64,000 bases of DNA from a virus (IMGVR_UViG_2636415849_000003:1-64000), one strand, 5' to 3'. Shown: positions 46,305 to 57,102, numbered from the stretch's first letter. The notes: generated by a model from the sequence alone, not told the origin. A program made the numbers and translations.

Positions 46305-48008
46305 CTATGGCCCAACTGAATAAAACGCTGCCGTGTTAGACAAGTTCAAACTCTCAGCAGCAATCCATGCATCACTCAGAACACCAGGGCGCAGGTACAC
46401 AAAGCCAATGGTTCCTCTGAAAATTTCTGTGGTGTTCCCGCCCTCTCCTACGCCTACATAGAGAGCGACATCCACAAGGCTTGCCGGTGGGCGCTGCGAT
46501 ACGCTGCTGGTCGTTGCTTTCTTTACGCCATCGAGGAAGACGGATCTCGATGCGGTGCCGTTATGAGTGGCATGGCATCTGTACTTGGTCGGCAACGCCA
46601 TCGCACCAGCCCCTGAGGTCCAGCCATCTACCTGATTCCAAAGGCCCAGCTCACCGGAGCTGCGGCGGGCAATTACTTCCCGGCTGGCGTTATCGGCGCT
46701 GTTCTTTTTGGTATAGCTGACCATGGCCGCGCTGTAGCCAGGATCAACAACGGTGATCGCTGAACACGCCATGGTCCAAGCAGTGTTCTTTGGCACCCCT
46801 TCTGCCCCCCACCATCCTGAAGTGGTGTAGCGATAGCCGACATTCGATACGCTCTGAATATTCCCGGATGTCAGCGTCCCGATGGTGTTGGTCGTGGCCG
46901 CCAAAACACCATCCCCATGTCTTTCTATTCCTGTCAAATCAGCCGATTCAGGTGCGACAAAAACGGTTCCCTTGATCGCCCCAGTTTTGGTGACTCGGTA
47001 GATCTCTCTTCGCAGCGCGACCAAAAACCCACCATTCCAGCAACCTATCGCTGTTGCGAATGCGGCAACGGTGATAGTTCCAGTGACAGGGATTGTTGAA
47101 ACAAATTTGAGCAACGACAGGTCAAATTTCCAGATGTACGAGAACTCACCAGTCGTAAAAACTGCATAGACAAAGCCGTCATATGGGTCATATGTGAGTC
47201 CGCCATCCAGGCTCGACGGGACTGTGACGCCAGAGTCAAAAGCCAGCGGAAAGTAGCCCGTTCTGGCAAGGCTTGTCTTGTCGTAGACCGCCATAACCGC
47301 ATTCGGGATGCCGACGGTATTGGTGAGAATGACGTAGAGGCTGTTGCCAACAATGCATGCACCCGTCGTGCCGGTGTAACCAGCGATACCGGATCCAGGT
47401 GACGGGTTCTCCGCAGACTTCACAAATGTTGTCGCGTCGTATCGAGCGATCACCGAACTGGAGACGGTGATGATGTCCTTTCCATCAGGAATAATCTTCG
47501 ATGCAGAAAACGGAGTAGTGACATACCCAGAGCGCTCCATGGATCGCGGCTTGTCGCCCACAATGAGGTCGCTGCCAACTCCGGTGTGATCCTCATAATC
47601 CCCACCAAACATATAGACGCGATCGAAGCCGGCCCAGGTAGCATTTCTGCCATTGGGTGCGGTTTTCAACACGCGCTTGTCGCTTGGGTTGCCCCAGTGC
47701 ACATACAAAGTGGTCTGCACGCCAGCGGCCAAGTCCACCCTGGCAAACAGGAAGCCCGTTTTACTGACCGGGTTGAATGCCACAAGGTCAAACGGGAGAT
47801 CTAGGCCCGCGCCGTTCTTGACACGAACATCGTGTCCATCGACCTTATTGCTTATGCCGTCCCAGAATCTGGCCGGCAAGTCTTGCAAAGCGATATACAG
47901 CGGATACCCCGGCATGTTCTCGACCTGGGCGTTGACAGTGATTTGCACGCGGTTACCGCCTCCGCTGCCGCCTTTCATACGTGCGCTTGCTGTAATTCCA
48001 GGGATCAT
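46305..48008 (-). CDS. receptor-binding tail protein (DUF2341-like, beta-rich and LamG-like parts)
   Basis: DGHDVRV...LPF...LYVHWGNP, then a C-terminal SVFLDG...FRGTIG...LSDAWI LamG-like fold. Confidence 0.7.
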   Translation of the reverse strand: MIPGITASARMKGGSGGGNRVQITVNAQVENMPGYPLYIALQDLPARFWDGISNKVDGHDVRVKNGAGLDLPFDLVAFNPVSKTGFLFARVDLAAGVQTTLYVHWGNPSDKRVLKTAPNGRNATWAGFDRVYMFGGDYEDHTGVGSDLIVGDKPRSMERSGYVTTPFSASKIIPDGKDIITVSSSVIARYDATTFVKSAENPSPGSGIAGYTGTTGACIVGNSLYVILTNTVGIPNAVMAVYDKTSLARTGYFPLAFDSGVTVPSSLDGGLTYDPYDGFVYAVFTTGEFSYIWKFDLSLLKFVSTIPVTGTITVAAFATAIGCWNGGFLVALRREIYRVTKTGAIKGTVFVAPESADLTGIERHGDGVLAATTNTIGTLTSGNIQSVSNVGYRYTTSGWWGAEGVPKNTAWTMACSAITVVDPGYSAAMVSYTKKNSADNASREVIARRSSGELGLWNQVDGWTSGAGAMALPTKYRCHATHNGTASRSVFLDGVKKATTSSVSQRPPASLVDVALYVGVGEGGNTTEIFRGTIGFVYLRPGVLSDAWIAAESLNLSNTAAFYSVGP

Positions 48009-48712
48009 GCTGCAGCCTCCGTGCTGCCGAACACATCGGCGCTGGCAGTGCTCACAAACTTCACCGTGACGGTGTCGCCCGGCGCCAAGACGAGCGTGCC
48101 GCCCTTGGGCGGGCTGAGCGTGATGCCCGTGGCCGACAGCGTCACATTGCCGCTGGCCGAGCGGTTGGCGATGTGCACCTCCTGGCCCGTGGTGAAGCCG
48201 GCGGCGACATCAAACGTGCAGGCCTTGGCGCCAGAGGCCGTAAAGCGCAGATAACTGCCCACATCGGCCAAGGCCACCGCACGACTGGCATTGGCATCGG
48301 GCACCACTGGCGCAGCACCGCCACCAGACGAGCCACCGGTGTTGCTGATGCCGTGCACACCGCCCAGGCCGGCGCGGTGGTCCTCGATGGCCGTCACCGT
48401 GGCCGGGCCGGTCGTGAGCTTGTACACACGGGCATGAGCGTCTGTATTGGTCCATGACGCATTGCTGCTGCTTGCGCTGATGGCACCCGTGGCGCGGTTG
48501 ACGGTGACATAGAGCGTACTGCTGGCCGCCAGGGACAGCGTGCCCGCTGCGACCGCAAAGCCGCCCCAGCGCCCGCCCAGGTAGCCCCAGATCAGGGCCG
48601 TGGTGGCGGCGGCGTCCTTGGCGTAAACCGCCATATGCTCCAGGGCAGTGAAGTTCTCATTGACAGGAACTTCCGGCGAATCCTGTGCCGGGAGCCATTG
48701 CTGCAGACTCAT
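48005..48712 (-). CDS. tail fibre adaptor / branching protein
   Basis: Q..PEVPVNENF N-terminus, Gly-rich linker and beta-rich C-terminal domain. Confidence 0.65.
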   Translation of the reverse strand: MSLQQWLPAQDSPEVPVNENFTALEHMAVYAKDAAATTALIWGYLGGRWGGFAVAAGTLSLAASSTLYVTVNRATGAISASSSNASWTNTDAHARVYKLTTGPATVTAIEDHRAGLGGVHGISNTGGSSGGGAAPVVPDANASRAVALADVGSYLRFTASGAKACTFDVAAGFTTGQEVHIANRSASGNVTLSATGITLSPPKGGTLVLAPGDTVTVKFVSTASADVFGSTEAAA

Positions 48713-51465
48713 GTGCAGACCCTTTCTATGGTTGATGCGTAGCCGGCGCCTGCAGTGGCCGACATCTGCGCCACGACAAAGCGCAGCAACTCGCCGCCCG
48801 CCAGCCCATCGGCGGCGCGCATGGCCGGCGTGTAGATAAATGCGGTCGTGGTGACAGTGGCCGTTCGCAACAGCGTTGCGCCGCTTTTGACCTGCACCCG
48901 ATAGCTTTCTGTGTCTTCGCCCAAGGGCACCACCGGCGCAATGCCGCCGTAGCGGTACGCCAGCCGGGTGCGACGCTGCCAGCTCAGGTGCACGCCCAGC
49001 GCGTCCACCAGGCCGCGCAGGCCTGCCGGGCTGAAGGGCTTGAGCGCCACGCTGGTGTCGGTGAAGGTGCGAGGCTCCACGCTGCTGAGCAGCTTGCCGC
49101 TGGTCAGCACCTTGAGCTGCACGGGGATGTTGACCTCGTTGGGCTGGGTAGCCTGGCGGCGCAGGCGCCGGTCGAGCAGCACGCAGCGCTCTTGAGCCAC
49201 ATGCCCGGCCATGGCCCACTCAGTCCCGCGCTGGCCGCGCAGCAGACTGCTCAGGCGGTAGGTGTAGACATTGGCCGGTACATCGGAATCCAGCAGCTCG
49301 GCATGACGAAACCGCACGACCTCGGCACCCACCAGCAACGCATTGACCGTGTCATCGAGGAGCATGGCCTCTCGGGTGCTGCTGGCCAGCTGGCCCCAGA
49401 CACGCACGGTCAGCGTGCTGGCTTCATCAAACACAGCCCCGCCCACCCAGGCCGATAGCACCGTGGTGCAGTGGCCCAGGACGGCAGCGTCCAGCAGAGT
49501 CTGCAGGTGCATATAGTCCACGCCATCCCAAGATGCTGTCGCCACCGCGCCGCGCCACTGGTCGGTGGCGTGGTCAATGCTCTCGGGCGCTGCGGCCAGG
49601 TAAAAGCCTGAGGCATTGTCTGCATCGCGCAGAATGGGAATGTCCATGGCCTCCCAGACCGTGTCCGGCACGCGGGTCGGCTCGGTGACGCTGACATAAC
49701 CTTCGTCCGTGATGGCAGCACTCTCAAGCGCCCCTACGTCATCGAGCACGCATTCCAGCTCCAGAAACATCTGCTGGTCCTTGCGCGTGGTGATACGCAG
49801 GCGCAGCACCCGGCCATCCAGGGCCACGGCTTCGATCACATCACCGGGCTCCAGGAAGGCATAGCGCAGCGGCACGGCCAGCGTGGTGCTGTGCATGCTG
49901 GCCGCCATATCGAACAACAGCGCATCGACCACCGCCTTGGCTTCGGCCGGCAGCATGCCCAAGGGCACCTGCAGAGTCTCCGTGCTGGCCTGCCCGGTCA
50001 CCAGGCGGTCCGAGAACTGCGTATCGGCGTTGTAGTCGGCCGCCATATTGGAGTAGGTCAGTGCGAGCTGGGCAGGCTGCTCCAGATCGTTGCCAATCTT
50101 GAGCGCCAGCGGCTCCTCGGCGCCGCCGGAATCATTGCCAAAGCCCAGATCTGCGAACGGGATGCGCACCACGGGCGCCACCGCACGCGGGCGCAGGGCC
50201 AGCTTGTCGGCCGCCGAGCACTCGAAGAACCAGCCCTTTTGCAGCACTTCGAGGGCGCTGCGGGTGTTGGCGGTCTGGGACAGCGTCAGAGCACGCAGTG
50301 GCTTCTCCAGATCCCGCAGCGGCACCGCATCAAAGTCGGCAGCCGCATAGCCGGCCCGGAACAGCAGGCTGCTCGACACGCCCTCCAGATCTCGGCTGAT
50401 GACATCGCTGCCGCCAGGAATATCCAGATAGCGGTTGAACGGCGTGATGTAGTCCTCATCATCGTTCTCGACCACCACCACGCTGATGTTGCGCTCCTGC
50501 AGGCGCTGCATGAAGTAGTCATAGGACGCCTGGACCGTGCCAGTGGTCATCGATCCTGAGTTATCGACGAACAAGGCAATGGAGCTGTTCATCGGCAGCT
50601 CATCCAGACCGCATAGGCCATACCAGTCCGAGCGCAAAGCGACATTGCCCTCATCACGGGCCACAGGGATCGGGCCGATGAAGTTTGGGCCCGGGTCCTG
50701 AGGCGTATAGAGCGGCAGCGTCGGGTGTGTCGGTCGCAGCACAAACATACGGCGCTTGGAGAAGCGCTCGCTGAAGTCCGCCCACTTGGCATTGACTCCC
50801 GCCTGCGAATCCTGAGCATCGTTCTCATCGATGACGGCAATGCAGGTGATATTGCTGCTGGTGGTCGAGGTGCCAATCTCAAACGTCAGGTTTGGGATGT
50901 TCCCACTGCCGCCTAGGTCCAGGTTCTCGATCACCACATAGCCATGACCCCGGTACGCGGGCGCATTGCCCACGCCGACGGCGGCTTCATAGAGCGGGTC
51001 GGGCATCTGCTCGGCCGTGCCGGTATAGACACGCATCTCACGCCAGAAGCCGTCCTTGGTAGACCCTTGGCCGTAAACCAGTTCACTGTTGGCCCACACC
51101 CGGCCCACGCCCGCAATGGGGTTCTCGGACAGCAGGATCATCAGATCGCAGGTGTAGGTATAGCTGGTGCTCTCGGATCCGCCGCCCTTTCCCTGACTCT
51201 CGGTGTGCTTGTGCTCACGGCGCTCACTGGCCCAGATGATCTGACCAGCAATGCGGGGGGAGCCCTGCACCCAGGGCAGCGGCTCACCGTAGTCAGTGCC
51301 GGTGATCTTGAGATCATTGAGGCGCGGGCCTTCCTGCTTTTGCGTCTCGGCGAAGGCATAAGCGCCCAGCAGCGAGCCAGCTATCCAGCCCACCTTGGCG
51401 CCGGCTGGACCTCCCACCATGAAGCCAACACCAGCACCGACCGCTGAAACAACGAGCTGCGCCAT
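48709..51465 (-). CDS. tail tip host-specificity protein (GTA megatron-like)
   Basis: EGPRLNDL...YGEPLP.V.G, PAYRG..YVV, LLRGQRGTE and WQRRTR motifs. Confidence 0.88.
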   Translation of the reverse strand: MAQLVVSAVGAGVGFMVGGPAGAKVGWIAGSLLGAYAFAETQKQEGPRLNDLKITGTDYGEPLPWVQGSPRIAGQIIWASERREHKHTESQGKGGGSESTSYTYTCDLMILLSENPIAGVGRVWANSELVYGQGSTKDGFWREMRVYTGTAEQMPDPLYEAAVGVGNAPAYRGHGYVVIENLDLGGSGNIPNLTFEIGTSTTSSNITCIAVIDENDAQDSQAGVNAKWADFSERFSKRRMFVLRPTHPTLPLYTPQDPGPNFIGPIPVARDEGNVALRSDWYGLCGLDELPMNSSIALFVDNSGSMTTGTVQASYDYFMQRLQERNISVVVVENDDEDYITPFNRYLDIPGGSDVISRDLEGVSSSLLFRAGYAAADFDAVPLRDLEKPLRALTLSQTANTRSALEVLQKGWFFECSAADKLALRPRAVAPVVRIPFADLGFGNDSGGAEEPLALKIGNDLEQPAQLALTYSNMAADYNADTQFSDRLVTGQASTETLQVPLGMLPAEAKAVVDALLFDMAASMHSTTLAVPLRYAFLEPGDVIEAVALDGRVLRLRITTRKDQQMFLELECVLDDVGALESAAITDEGYVSVTEPTRVPDTVWEAMDIPILRDADNASGFYLAAAPESIDHATDQWRGAVATASWDGVDYMHLQTLLDAAVLGHCTTVLSAWVGGAVFDEASTLTVRVWGQLASSTREAMLLDDTVNALLVGAEVVRFRHAELLDSDVPANVYTYRLSSLLRGQRGTEWAMAGHVAQERCVLLDRRLRRQATQPNEVNIPVQLKVLTSGKLLSSVEPRTFTDTSVALKPFSPAGLRGLVDALGVHLSWQRRTRLAYRYGGIAPVVPLGEDTESYRVQVKSGATLLRTATVTTTAFIYTPAMRAADGLAGGELLRFVVAQMSATAGAGYASTIERVCT

Positions 51466-51467
51466 GG

Positions 51468-51890
51468 CTACACCCCTCGGAAACGGAAAGCAGCCACAAA
51501 GCGCATGGCGGCAGAGAACAGAAGCCGCGTCTCGATCACCCGGCCCGCCGAGCTGCTGGCATGGATGATGGACAGCCCGCCATGCGCGTAGTCGCCCAGC
51601 ACGCCGATGTGCTGCGGGTAGCCGTCAAAGGCCACGCAGATCACATCGCCTGGCGCCATCTCATCGCGGCCCACCTCATCCAGCTGCTCATAGAGGTGCT
51701 TCATCAGCGAAAAGCCGTCCGGCACCCGGCTGTAGCCGCGAACGTCATAGCCATGCTGCAAGACCCCGGCGGCGCGGCCCACTGAAACCACGAGCCCCAC
51801 GCAATCCAGGCCCACGCCAGGGCGCCTTGCCTGGTGGTGATAAGGGGTCTGCAGGCAAGATCTGGCGATCTCCACAATCAGTTTCTTCAT
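51468..51890 (-). CDS. NlpC/P60 tail peptidase
   Basis: TPYHHQ...GLDCVGLV, HIGV and IIHA. Confidence 0.88.
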   Translation of the reverse strand: MKKLIVEIARSCLQTPYHHQARRPGVGLDCVGLVVSVGRAAGVLQHGYDVRGYSRVPDGFSLMKHLYEQLDEVGRDEMAPGDVICVAFDGYPQHIGVLGDYAHGGLSIIHASSSAGRVIETRLLFSAAMRFVAAFRFRGV

Positions 51891-52771
51891 ACAGGCCTCG
51901 TGATGACATCAGGACTGGGCCGGTGCGGCTCCCCCTGAAAATTGATGGCGTTGCCGAACTTGGCGCTGCAGTCTTCGTTCAGGCGCTTGCGGCAGCCGGC
52001 CACAGCCGTGAGCTGGTCGCCCACGGCAATGGGCAGCACCATGGGCAGCACCAGCGTGACCACGCCGGCGGCACTCTGGCTGCGTACCTTCTGAGTCAGG
52101 CCGGCATTGGCGCCGGTCTTCCAGGTCAGTAGCCCCTCGCCCAGGTAGTCGTCGGGCAGGCCACCGCTCACGGTGAACGTGCGCTTGTCGGTGACGGCAG
52201 TCACCGTCACGGCGTGGGTCAGGTCGACCAGGCTGCGATTGCACTGGGCCAAGCCCGTGGCGCCCAGGCGGCTGCGGCAAGTCTTTTGCGAGACCATGCC
52301 CAGGGACTGCTGCAACTTCTGCTTGAGGCCGCGCAGCTCCACAGTCAGCGTGGCCGAGCCCAGCGTGATCTCGCCCAGCCATCCGCGCATCAGCGGCTCC
52401 ACATCGTTGGTGATGGTGGGAGCGGCCACATCCCAGCGGTAACGGAACAAGCGGAACTCGGCGTTCTGCCACAGGCCTGCAGCCACCTCTTCGCGCACGA
52501 ACAGACTGCCATCGTCCAGCGTGGTCAGCTCCAGGTTGTCCACGGCAAAGCCAGAGGTCGCGGTGATGCCGCTGGCACTCAGGCCCTGTTTGCAGTCAAA
52601 CACCAGAGCGGCGTTGTCTGTGCCCCAGGCCCTGACGTCCAGCACCAGGGGCTGGTCGTGGCTGGTGAAGGCGAACACCTTGCCGTCCGTGCGCTTGATC
52701 AGAATGGCGCTGGCCAGGCAGGTGCTGCCGCTGTCGTAGTGGGCCTGCAGGGCTACCGGGATCTGCTTCAT
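51887..52771 (-). CDS. baseplate hub protein (DUF2163/BR0599-like)
   Basis: R.DG..FAFTSHD, C...LG...C and AGC.K....C..KF.N.INFQGEP. Confidence 0.88.
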   Translation of the reverse strand: MKQIPVALQAHYDSGSTCLASAILIKRTDGKVFAFTSHDQPLVLDVRAWGTDNAALVFDCKQGLSASGITATSGFAVDNLELTTLDDGSLFVREEVAAGLWQNAEFRLFRYRWDVAAPTITNDVEPLMRGWLGEITLGSATLTVELRGLKQKLQQSLGMVSQKTCRSRLGATGLAQCNRSLVDLTHAVTVTAVTDKRTFTVSGGLPDDYLGEGLLTWKTGANAGLTQKVRSQSAAGVVTLVLPMVLPIAVGDQLTAVAGCRKRLNEDCSAKFGNAINFQGEPHRPSPDVITRPV

Positions 52772-53373
52772 AGGCGAATCTCCTCCAGCTCGATGCCGGA
52801 CCACTCCGTCCACATCTCCGGGCCGCCCAGGAATTTCCAGACAGCCGCCGGGTCCTTGAATGCCACAGGGACATGGAATTCACCCTGCCAGGCATAGGCA
52901 TCGCCAGCCACATGCCCATCGATGGTGGCCCGCCCGGTCGACAGATCCACCACTGCCACAGCCTGCGACCACACGCCAGCGCGGTTGCGCCAGACGCTTA
53001 CGCCGGCAACAGGCTTGAAGATGGGACGCACAAAGGTGCGCGACCCATAGGTATAGAGGCGATTGAGCTGATAGACGTTGCCCGCAATCAGCGTGCAGTT
53101 GGTTCGGCCAAGATCGGCCTCATGGTCAGCCGGGTCCTGAAAACGGAAGGCATCGGCATCGCCCCCCACCACATAGAAGAAAGAGCGCAGCTGCTCAAAC
53201 TCCTCGCCCTCGCGGGTTGGCTGGGCAATCGTCCACTCGTGCAGCGGGTACTTGGCCTCGCGGTTGGTGATGCGCTGGCCGGCTGACGAATAGGCCTTGC
53301 TGTTGAGAAAGCGCGGACCGCCTTGCGCATCACGGCTGATGCCTTCGGGAAAGAGCTCGTCGAAGAATGCCAT
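52768..53373 (-). CDS. distal tail protein (DUF2460/TIGR02217-like)
   Basis: FP..IS..AQGGPRF, FRFQDP.D, GEFHVPV.F and LEEIR. Confidence 0.88.
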   Translation of the reverse strand: MAFFDELFPEGISRDAQGGPRFLNSKAYSSAGQRITNREAKYPLHEWTIAQPTREGEEFEQLRSFFYVVGGDADAFRFQDPADHEADLGRTNCTLIAGNVYQLNRLYTYGSRTFVRPIFKPVAGVSVWRNRAGVWSQAVAVVDLSTGRATIDGHVAGDAYAWQGEFHVPVAFKDPAAVWKFLGGPEMWTEWSGIELEEIRL

Positions 53374-53376
53374 GGC

Positions 53377-56274
53377 TTATCCATTCCTCGCTTGAGCAAC
53401 ACTGATCTGGCGCGCTGCTTCACGACCGAGCTGCATAGCCGTATCTCGGCGTGCACCGGCAGGAAAGTGCGCGGACACATAGTAATTATTGGTGGCTGCT
53501 CCGGCTGGTGCGGATGATGCACTTCCGCCACCACCCACATAGCCGCCGCCGGCATAGCCATTGAGTCGCCCCAGAAAGTCCAGGCCCAGGGCCCGCGTGC
53601 TGGCCGCGTTGATCACATATTCACCACGGTGCACAACCCCAGCAGGCTCGTACTTACCTCCAGCGCCTGTGTATCCGCCATCGGCATAGCCGAATGCGGC
53701 CTTGAGGCCTGCACTGCTGTAGTCGCCAAAGCCTGCATTACCGACAGTTTGAGTGCCGCCGGTCAGCATGCCGATACCGGTGCCGATCAATCCCATCAGG
53801 CCACCGCCTGAGCTGCCGCCACTGCCGGCAACGCCCAGCGCATTGCTGATCTGCTGCTTGATGATGATTCGGGTGATATCGGCCACGATGCTGTTGGCCA
53901 AGTCGGAGAAAGACAGCTTGCCCGTGGTGACAAAGGTCACCAAGGCATCCTCCATGCCCTGCAGTGCATTGCTGACTGCGTTGCCCGTCAGATCCGCAAC
54001 ATTGGCAGCTGCATCTGCGTAATCCTTTAAGGCTCTCTCTGCACCCAAGGCCCAGTTGCCCTGGGCCTCAGTCATCGCAGCAAACGTCCCTCGGTATTTG
54101 GCTAAGGCCTTGCCTTGGAATTCATCGATCAGACCAAGTTGGTCCTGAAAATACTGAACCTGCTTGGGCGTGAGCTGACCACCCGCAGCAGCCGCAAGCT
54201 CGTTGCGCTGACGCGCCAGGTCGTAGCGGCGCGCATCATAGGCATCGCGGATCTGGTCCATGCCCGCCGTGTAGGTGCGCTCGCGGCTTCCCATGCCCAC
54301 CGCCGCAACGTCTCTATCCATGGCGCGGCCCATGGTCTCAAGGTACTGCTCTGCCTCTTGGCGCGCCAGCTCCAGCGCCTTTTGCTGCTGCGCGAATGGC
54401 TGCTGCGACAGCAGAACGGCCTGCGCGCGCACCAGCCGCTCCATGCTTTCGGCAGAGCCGTCAAAGGCTTCCGACAGCAGGCCCCATTTCTTGGAGAAGT
54501 CGGGCAGCAGGTCATCCATGTGCCCCAGCAACTCATCACCCAGCTCTTTACCCTTGCGGGCACGGATCTTCTTTTCAACCTCTTCCAGCGCACCGAGCTC
54601 GCCCCTCACCGATGCCAGGCTTGAGGCCGACAGCTTGAGCTTGCCCTGCAGCATGTCCTGATCCAGCTTGATGCGGATCTTCTGGCTGTCGGTCAGCTTC
54701 TGGTCGCTTTCCAGCTCACGGGCAAGCTCCTCGGCCTTGGTGCGAATGCTGGTGACCAGATTGTCATAGGCGGTCTTTTCGGCCCGAATGGCTTGCGCAC
54801 CGGCTTTGCTGCCCTTCTCGGCCTTGAAATTGGCATCGGCCAGCTTGCCCACCAGGTTCTGATATTCAGCAAGCGACAGGTTGCCCGACTGATACTGGGC
54901 AAACAGCTTGTTCAATGTGGGCAGGTAATCCTTATCCACCCCATAGAGCTTTTGCCGGATCTCGGTGAGTTCCTTTTCCTCTTTACCGCGCCGCGCCTGT
55001 GCAGCTTCCAAGGTTTCAGGATTGATTGTCCCCCGGCCACCACCAGTCCCAAGTGGCCCCGCATTCAAGGATGACTGCTCTATTAACAGCTTCTCGCGCG
55101 CCTTCTTGCGCTCCTGAATACCAAGCTCAATATTGGCAACACGATCCATTTGCCCATTTGCAGCGGCAAAGACCTTGTCGCTTTCAAGTCGGGTTATTTC
55201 GTCGCCCAAACCCTTCAACGAGCGCTCCAGTCCAGCAGATGTCTTGGAATAGGCGTTTGCAACTGCTACGCCTGCACCAACAGCCGCACCAATACCCAGC
55301 AACGCAAGCACGGCTGGATTGGCTGCCAGCACCACACCCAAAGCAGAGATCGCCCCCGTCACCAAGCCCAAACCTCTGACCAACAACGCTGCACCGCCCA
55401 CCACTGCGGCACCGGCCAGCGTGTTGCCAAGCACCGAGAATGCCGTCTCGTTACTGCGAATCACATCACCCAAGGTCTGCACCCCAGATGCCAAGCCACT
55501 GATTGCAGACGCCAGAGTACTTGTAGCCCCGGTCGCCTTGTCCAGATTGCCGACCGTTACGACAGTCGCATTGGACAGCTGGGTCCAGGCCTGGCCAACG
55601 GTCAGAACGGAGTTCTTGACCTCGCCAGCCAAGACCGCGGCTTGTGACTCCAAGGCCTTGATCACCTTGTCGGCAGTGATTGCACCTTGCTCACCCATCT
55701 TGCGCAACTCGCCACGACTGACGCCCAGACCATCTGCCAGGGCTTGCGCGAGGCGAGGGGTCTGCTCCAGTACAGAGTTCAGCTCCTCGCCGCGAAGCGT
55801 TCCGCTGGCCAGGCCTTGACCCAGCTGAGTCAGCGCAGCCTGGGCAGCTTGAGAGCTGGCACCACTGATGGTGACCGCATTACCGATGGCCTCGGTAATC
55901 TTGAGCAGCGTGCTTTGACCGACACCCAGATCCTTGGCCGCACTGCTGATACTGGCAAAGGTGCCGCCCAGCTCGGTGAAGCTAACGCGCGAGCGCTGGG
56001 CGATATGGAATAGCTCGTCATAGGCATGCGAGGCAGCTTGTGCGCTGCCCGTGGCGAGCTTGAGTTGGTTGTGCAGGCTGGTGACGGCATCTGCCACACG
56101 AACGAACTCCGTGAAGCTGACCACACCCGCAAAGGCCGCCACCATGGACCCGACTGCGCGCCCCGCCAAGCCCGCCGCATCACCGATGGTGCCCATGTCA
56201 TTGCTGACACGGCGCAGGCCCGCGCTGACCTCGCGGTCACCGTTCAGGCTCAATTGCAGGCCGATTGGCGTCAT
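53377..56274 (-). CDS. tail tape measure protein
   Basis: QLGQGLASGTLRGEELNSVLEQTPRLAQALA domain and GGYTG.GGKYEPAGVVHRGE C-terminus. Confidence 0.93.
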   Translation of the reverse strand: MTPIGLQLSLNGDREVSAGLRRVSNDMGTIGDAAGLAGRAVGSMVAAFAGVVSFTEFVRVADAVTSLHNQLKLATGSAQAASHAYDELFHIAQRSRVSFTELGGTFASISSAAKDLGVGQSTLLKITEAIGNAVTISGASSQAAQAALTQLGQGLASGTLRGEELNSVLEQTPRLAQALADGLGVSRGELRKMGEQGAITADKVIKALESQAAVLAGEVKNSVLTVGQAWTQLSNATVVTVGNLDKATGATSTLASAISGLASGVQTLGDVIRSNETAFSVLGNTLAGAAVVGGAALLVRGLGLVTGAISALGVVLAANPAVLALLGIGAAVGAGVAVANAYSKTSAGLERSLKGLGDEITRLESDKVFAAANGQMDRVANIELGIQERKKAREKLLIEQSSLNAGPLGTGGGRGTINPETLEAAQARRGKEEKELTEIRQKLYGVDKDYLPTLNKLFAQYQSGNLSLAEYQNLVGKLADANFKAEKGSKAGAQAIRAEKTAYDNLVTSIRTKAEELARELESDQKLTDSQKIRIKLDQDMLQGKLKLSASSLASVRGELGALEEVEKKIRARKGKELGDELLGHMDDLLPDFSKKWGLLSEAFDGSAESMERLVRAQAVLLSQQPFAQQQKALELARQEAEQYLETMGRAMDRDVAAVGMGSRERTYTAGMDQIRDAYDARRYDLARQRNELAAAAGGQLTPKQVQYFQDQLGLIDEFQGKALAKYRGTFAAMTEAQGNWALGAERALKDYADAAANVADLTGNAVSNALQGMEDALVTFVTTGKLSFSDLANSIVADITRIIIKQQISNALGVAGSGGSSGGGLMGLIGTGIGMLTGGTQTVGNAGFGDYSSAGLKAAFGYADGGYTGAGGKYEPAGVVHRGEYVINAASTRALGLDFLGRLNGYAGGGYVGGGGSASSAPAGAATNNYYVSAHFPAGARRDTAMQLGREAARQISVAQARNG

Positions 56275-56289
56275 GCAGTGGTCACTCCC

Positions 56290-56996
56290 TTATTTGTTTT
56301 CAACCAACTGGCGTTTGTCACGAATGGCTGCCCAGGCGTTGAGGGCTTCCAGCTCGCAGGCAACCAGGCAAGCCCATAGCTGCCTGCGTTCTTCGCTAGG
56401 CGGCATGCCCACCTCATCCAGGTAGGCGCGCACGCCGGCGTAATCGAGGCCGGTTGCCCCACCCATGCCACCCACCCGCCACTGCGTTTGCAGGGCTTGC
56501 CAATGCAACCAAACGGGCTCGTACTCCGGCCAGACGTAGATGCACTCATCAACATCGACAGCACGCAGCTTTGCCAGCATGCGGGCCATGGGGCCATTTG
56601 CTGGGACTTGATTCGTGCTTGCATTGGCATGTGCGTACTCAATAGTCCGGCGTACGGCCCGCGTTAGTTTTTTTCCTTGGCACCGACCTCGGCCAGGTAG
56701 GCGCGCGTAGCGAGCAAGGCCATGCCAGGGATGGAGCACATGGTCCTCAGCCCCTCCAGCGAGAAAGCGACGGGCTGGCCGTCCTCACCCTTGACGTCTG
56801 ACCATCCCTGCACGACCTCCTCCAGAAAGTCGATTGCAGGGCGGTCCTGCTCACGCATGACATCACCCACCTCTGCCTGAGTCAGGCGCTTGCAGGTGAG
56901 ACCAAAGTCAAACGCCTGGGGCTTGCCAGCGGGATCGTTGATGGAGCCCTTGATGCGGATGCCCACCGTGTTGCTAAAAACGAGTTTGAGTGCCAT
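56290..56996 (-). CDS. tail assembly chaperone G (56996-56664) and -1 frameshift product (DUF1799-like, to 56290)
   Basis: GAA AAA AAC TAA with slippery A AAA AAC at 56667-56673. The -1 frame has VWPE...TQWRVG..G.TGLDY. Confidence 0.85.
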
Positions 56997-57102
56997 GTGA
57001 AATGCCCGAACGGGCCCGATGAAGGCGTGCGCAGCGGTCCCGCTCGGGCGACACGGGACAGGCTGGCAACCATCGCCAGCCCCGCTGCGCACAAAAGGAT
57101 GC

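Noticed and set aside
48709-53373. Gene transfer agent cluster
   Set aside because: The tail tip is GTA-like, but the lambda-type portal and GpA, long tape measure, lysis cassette and tRNA-adjacent position fit a prophage.
56271-56642. 123-aa ORF before the prophage 2 tape measure gene
   Set aside because: The DUF1799-like motifs are in the overlapping frame ending at 56290, reached by the -1 frameshift.
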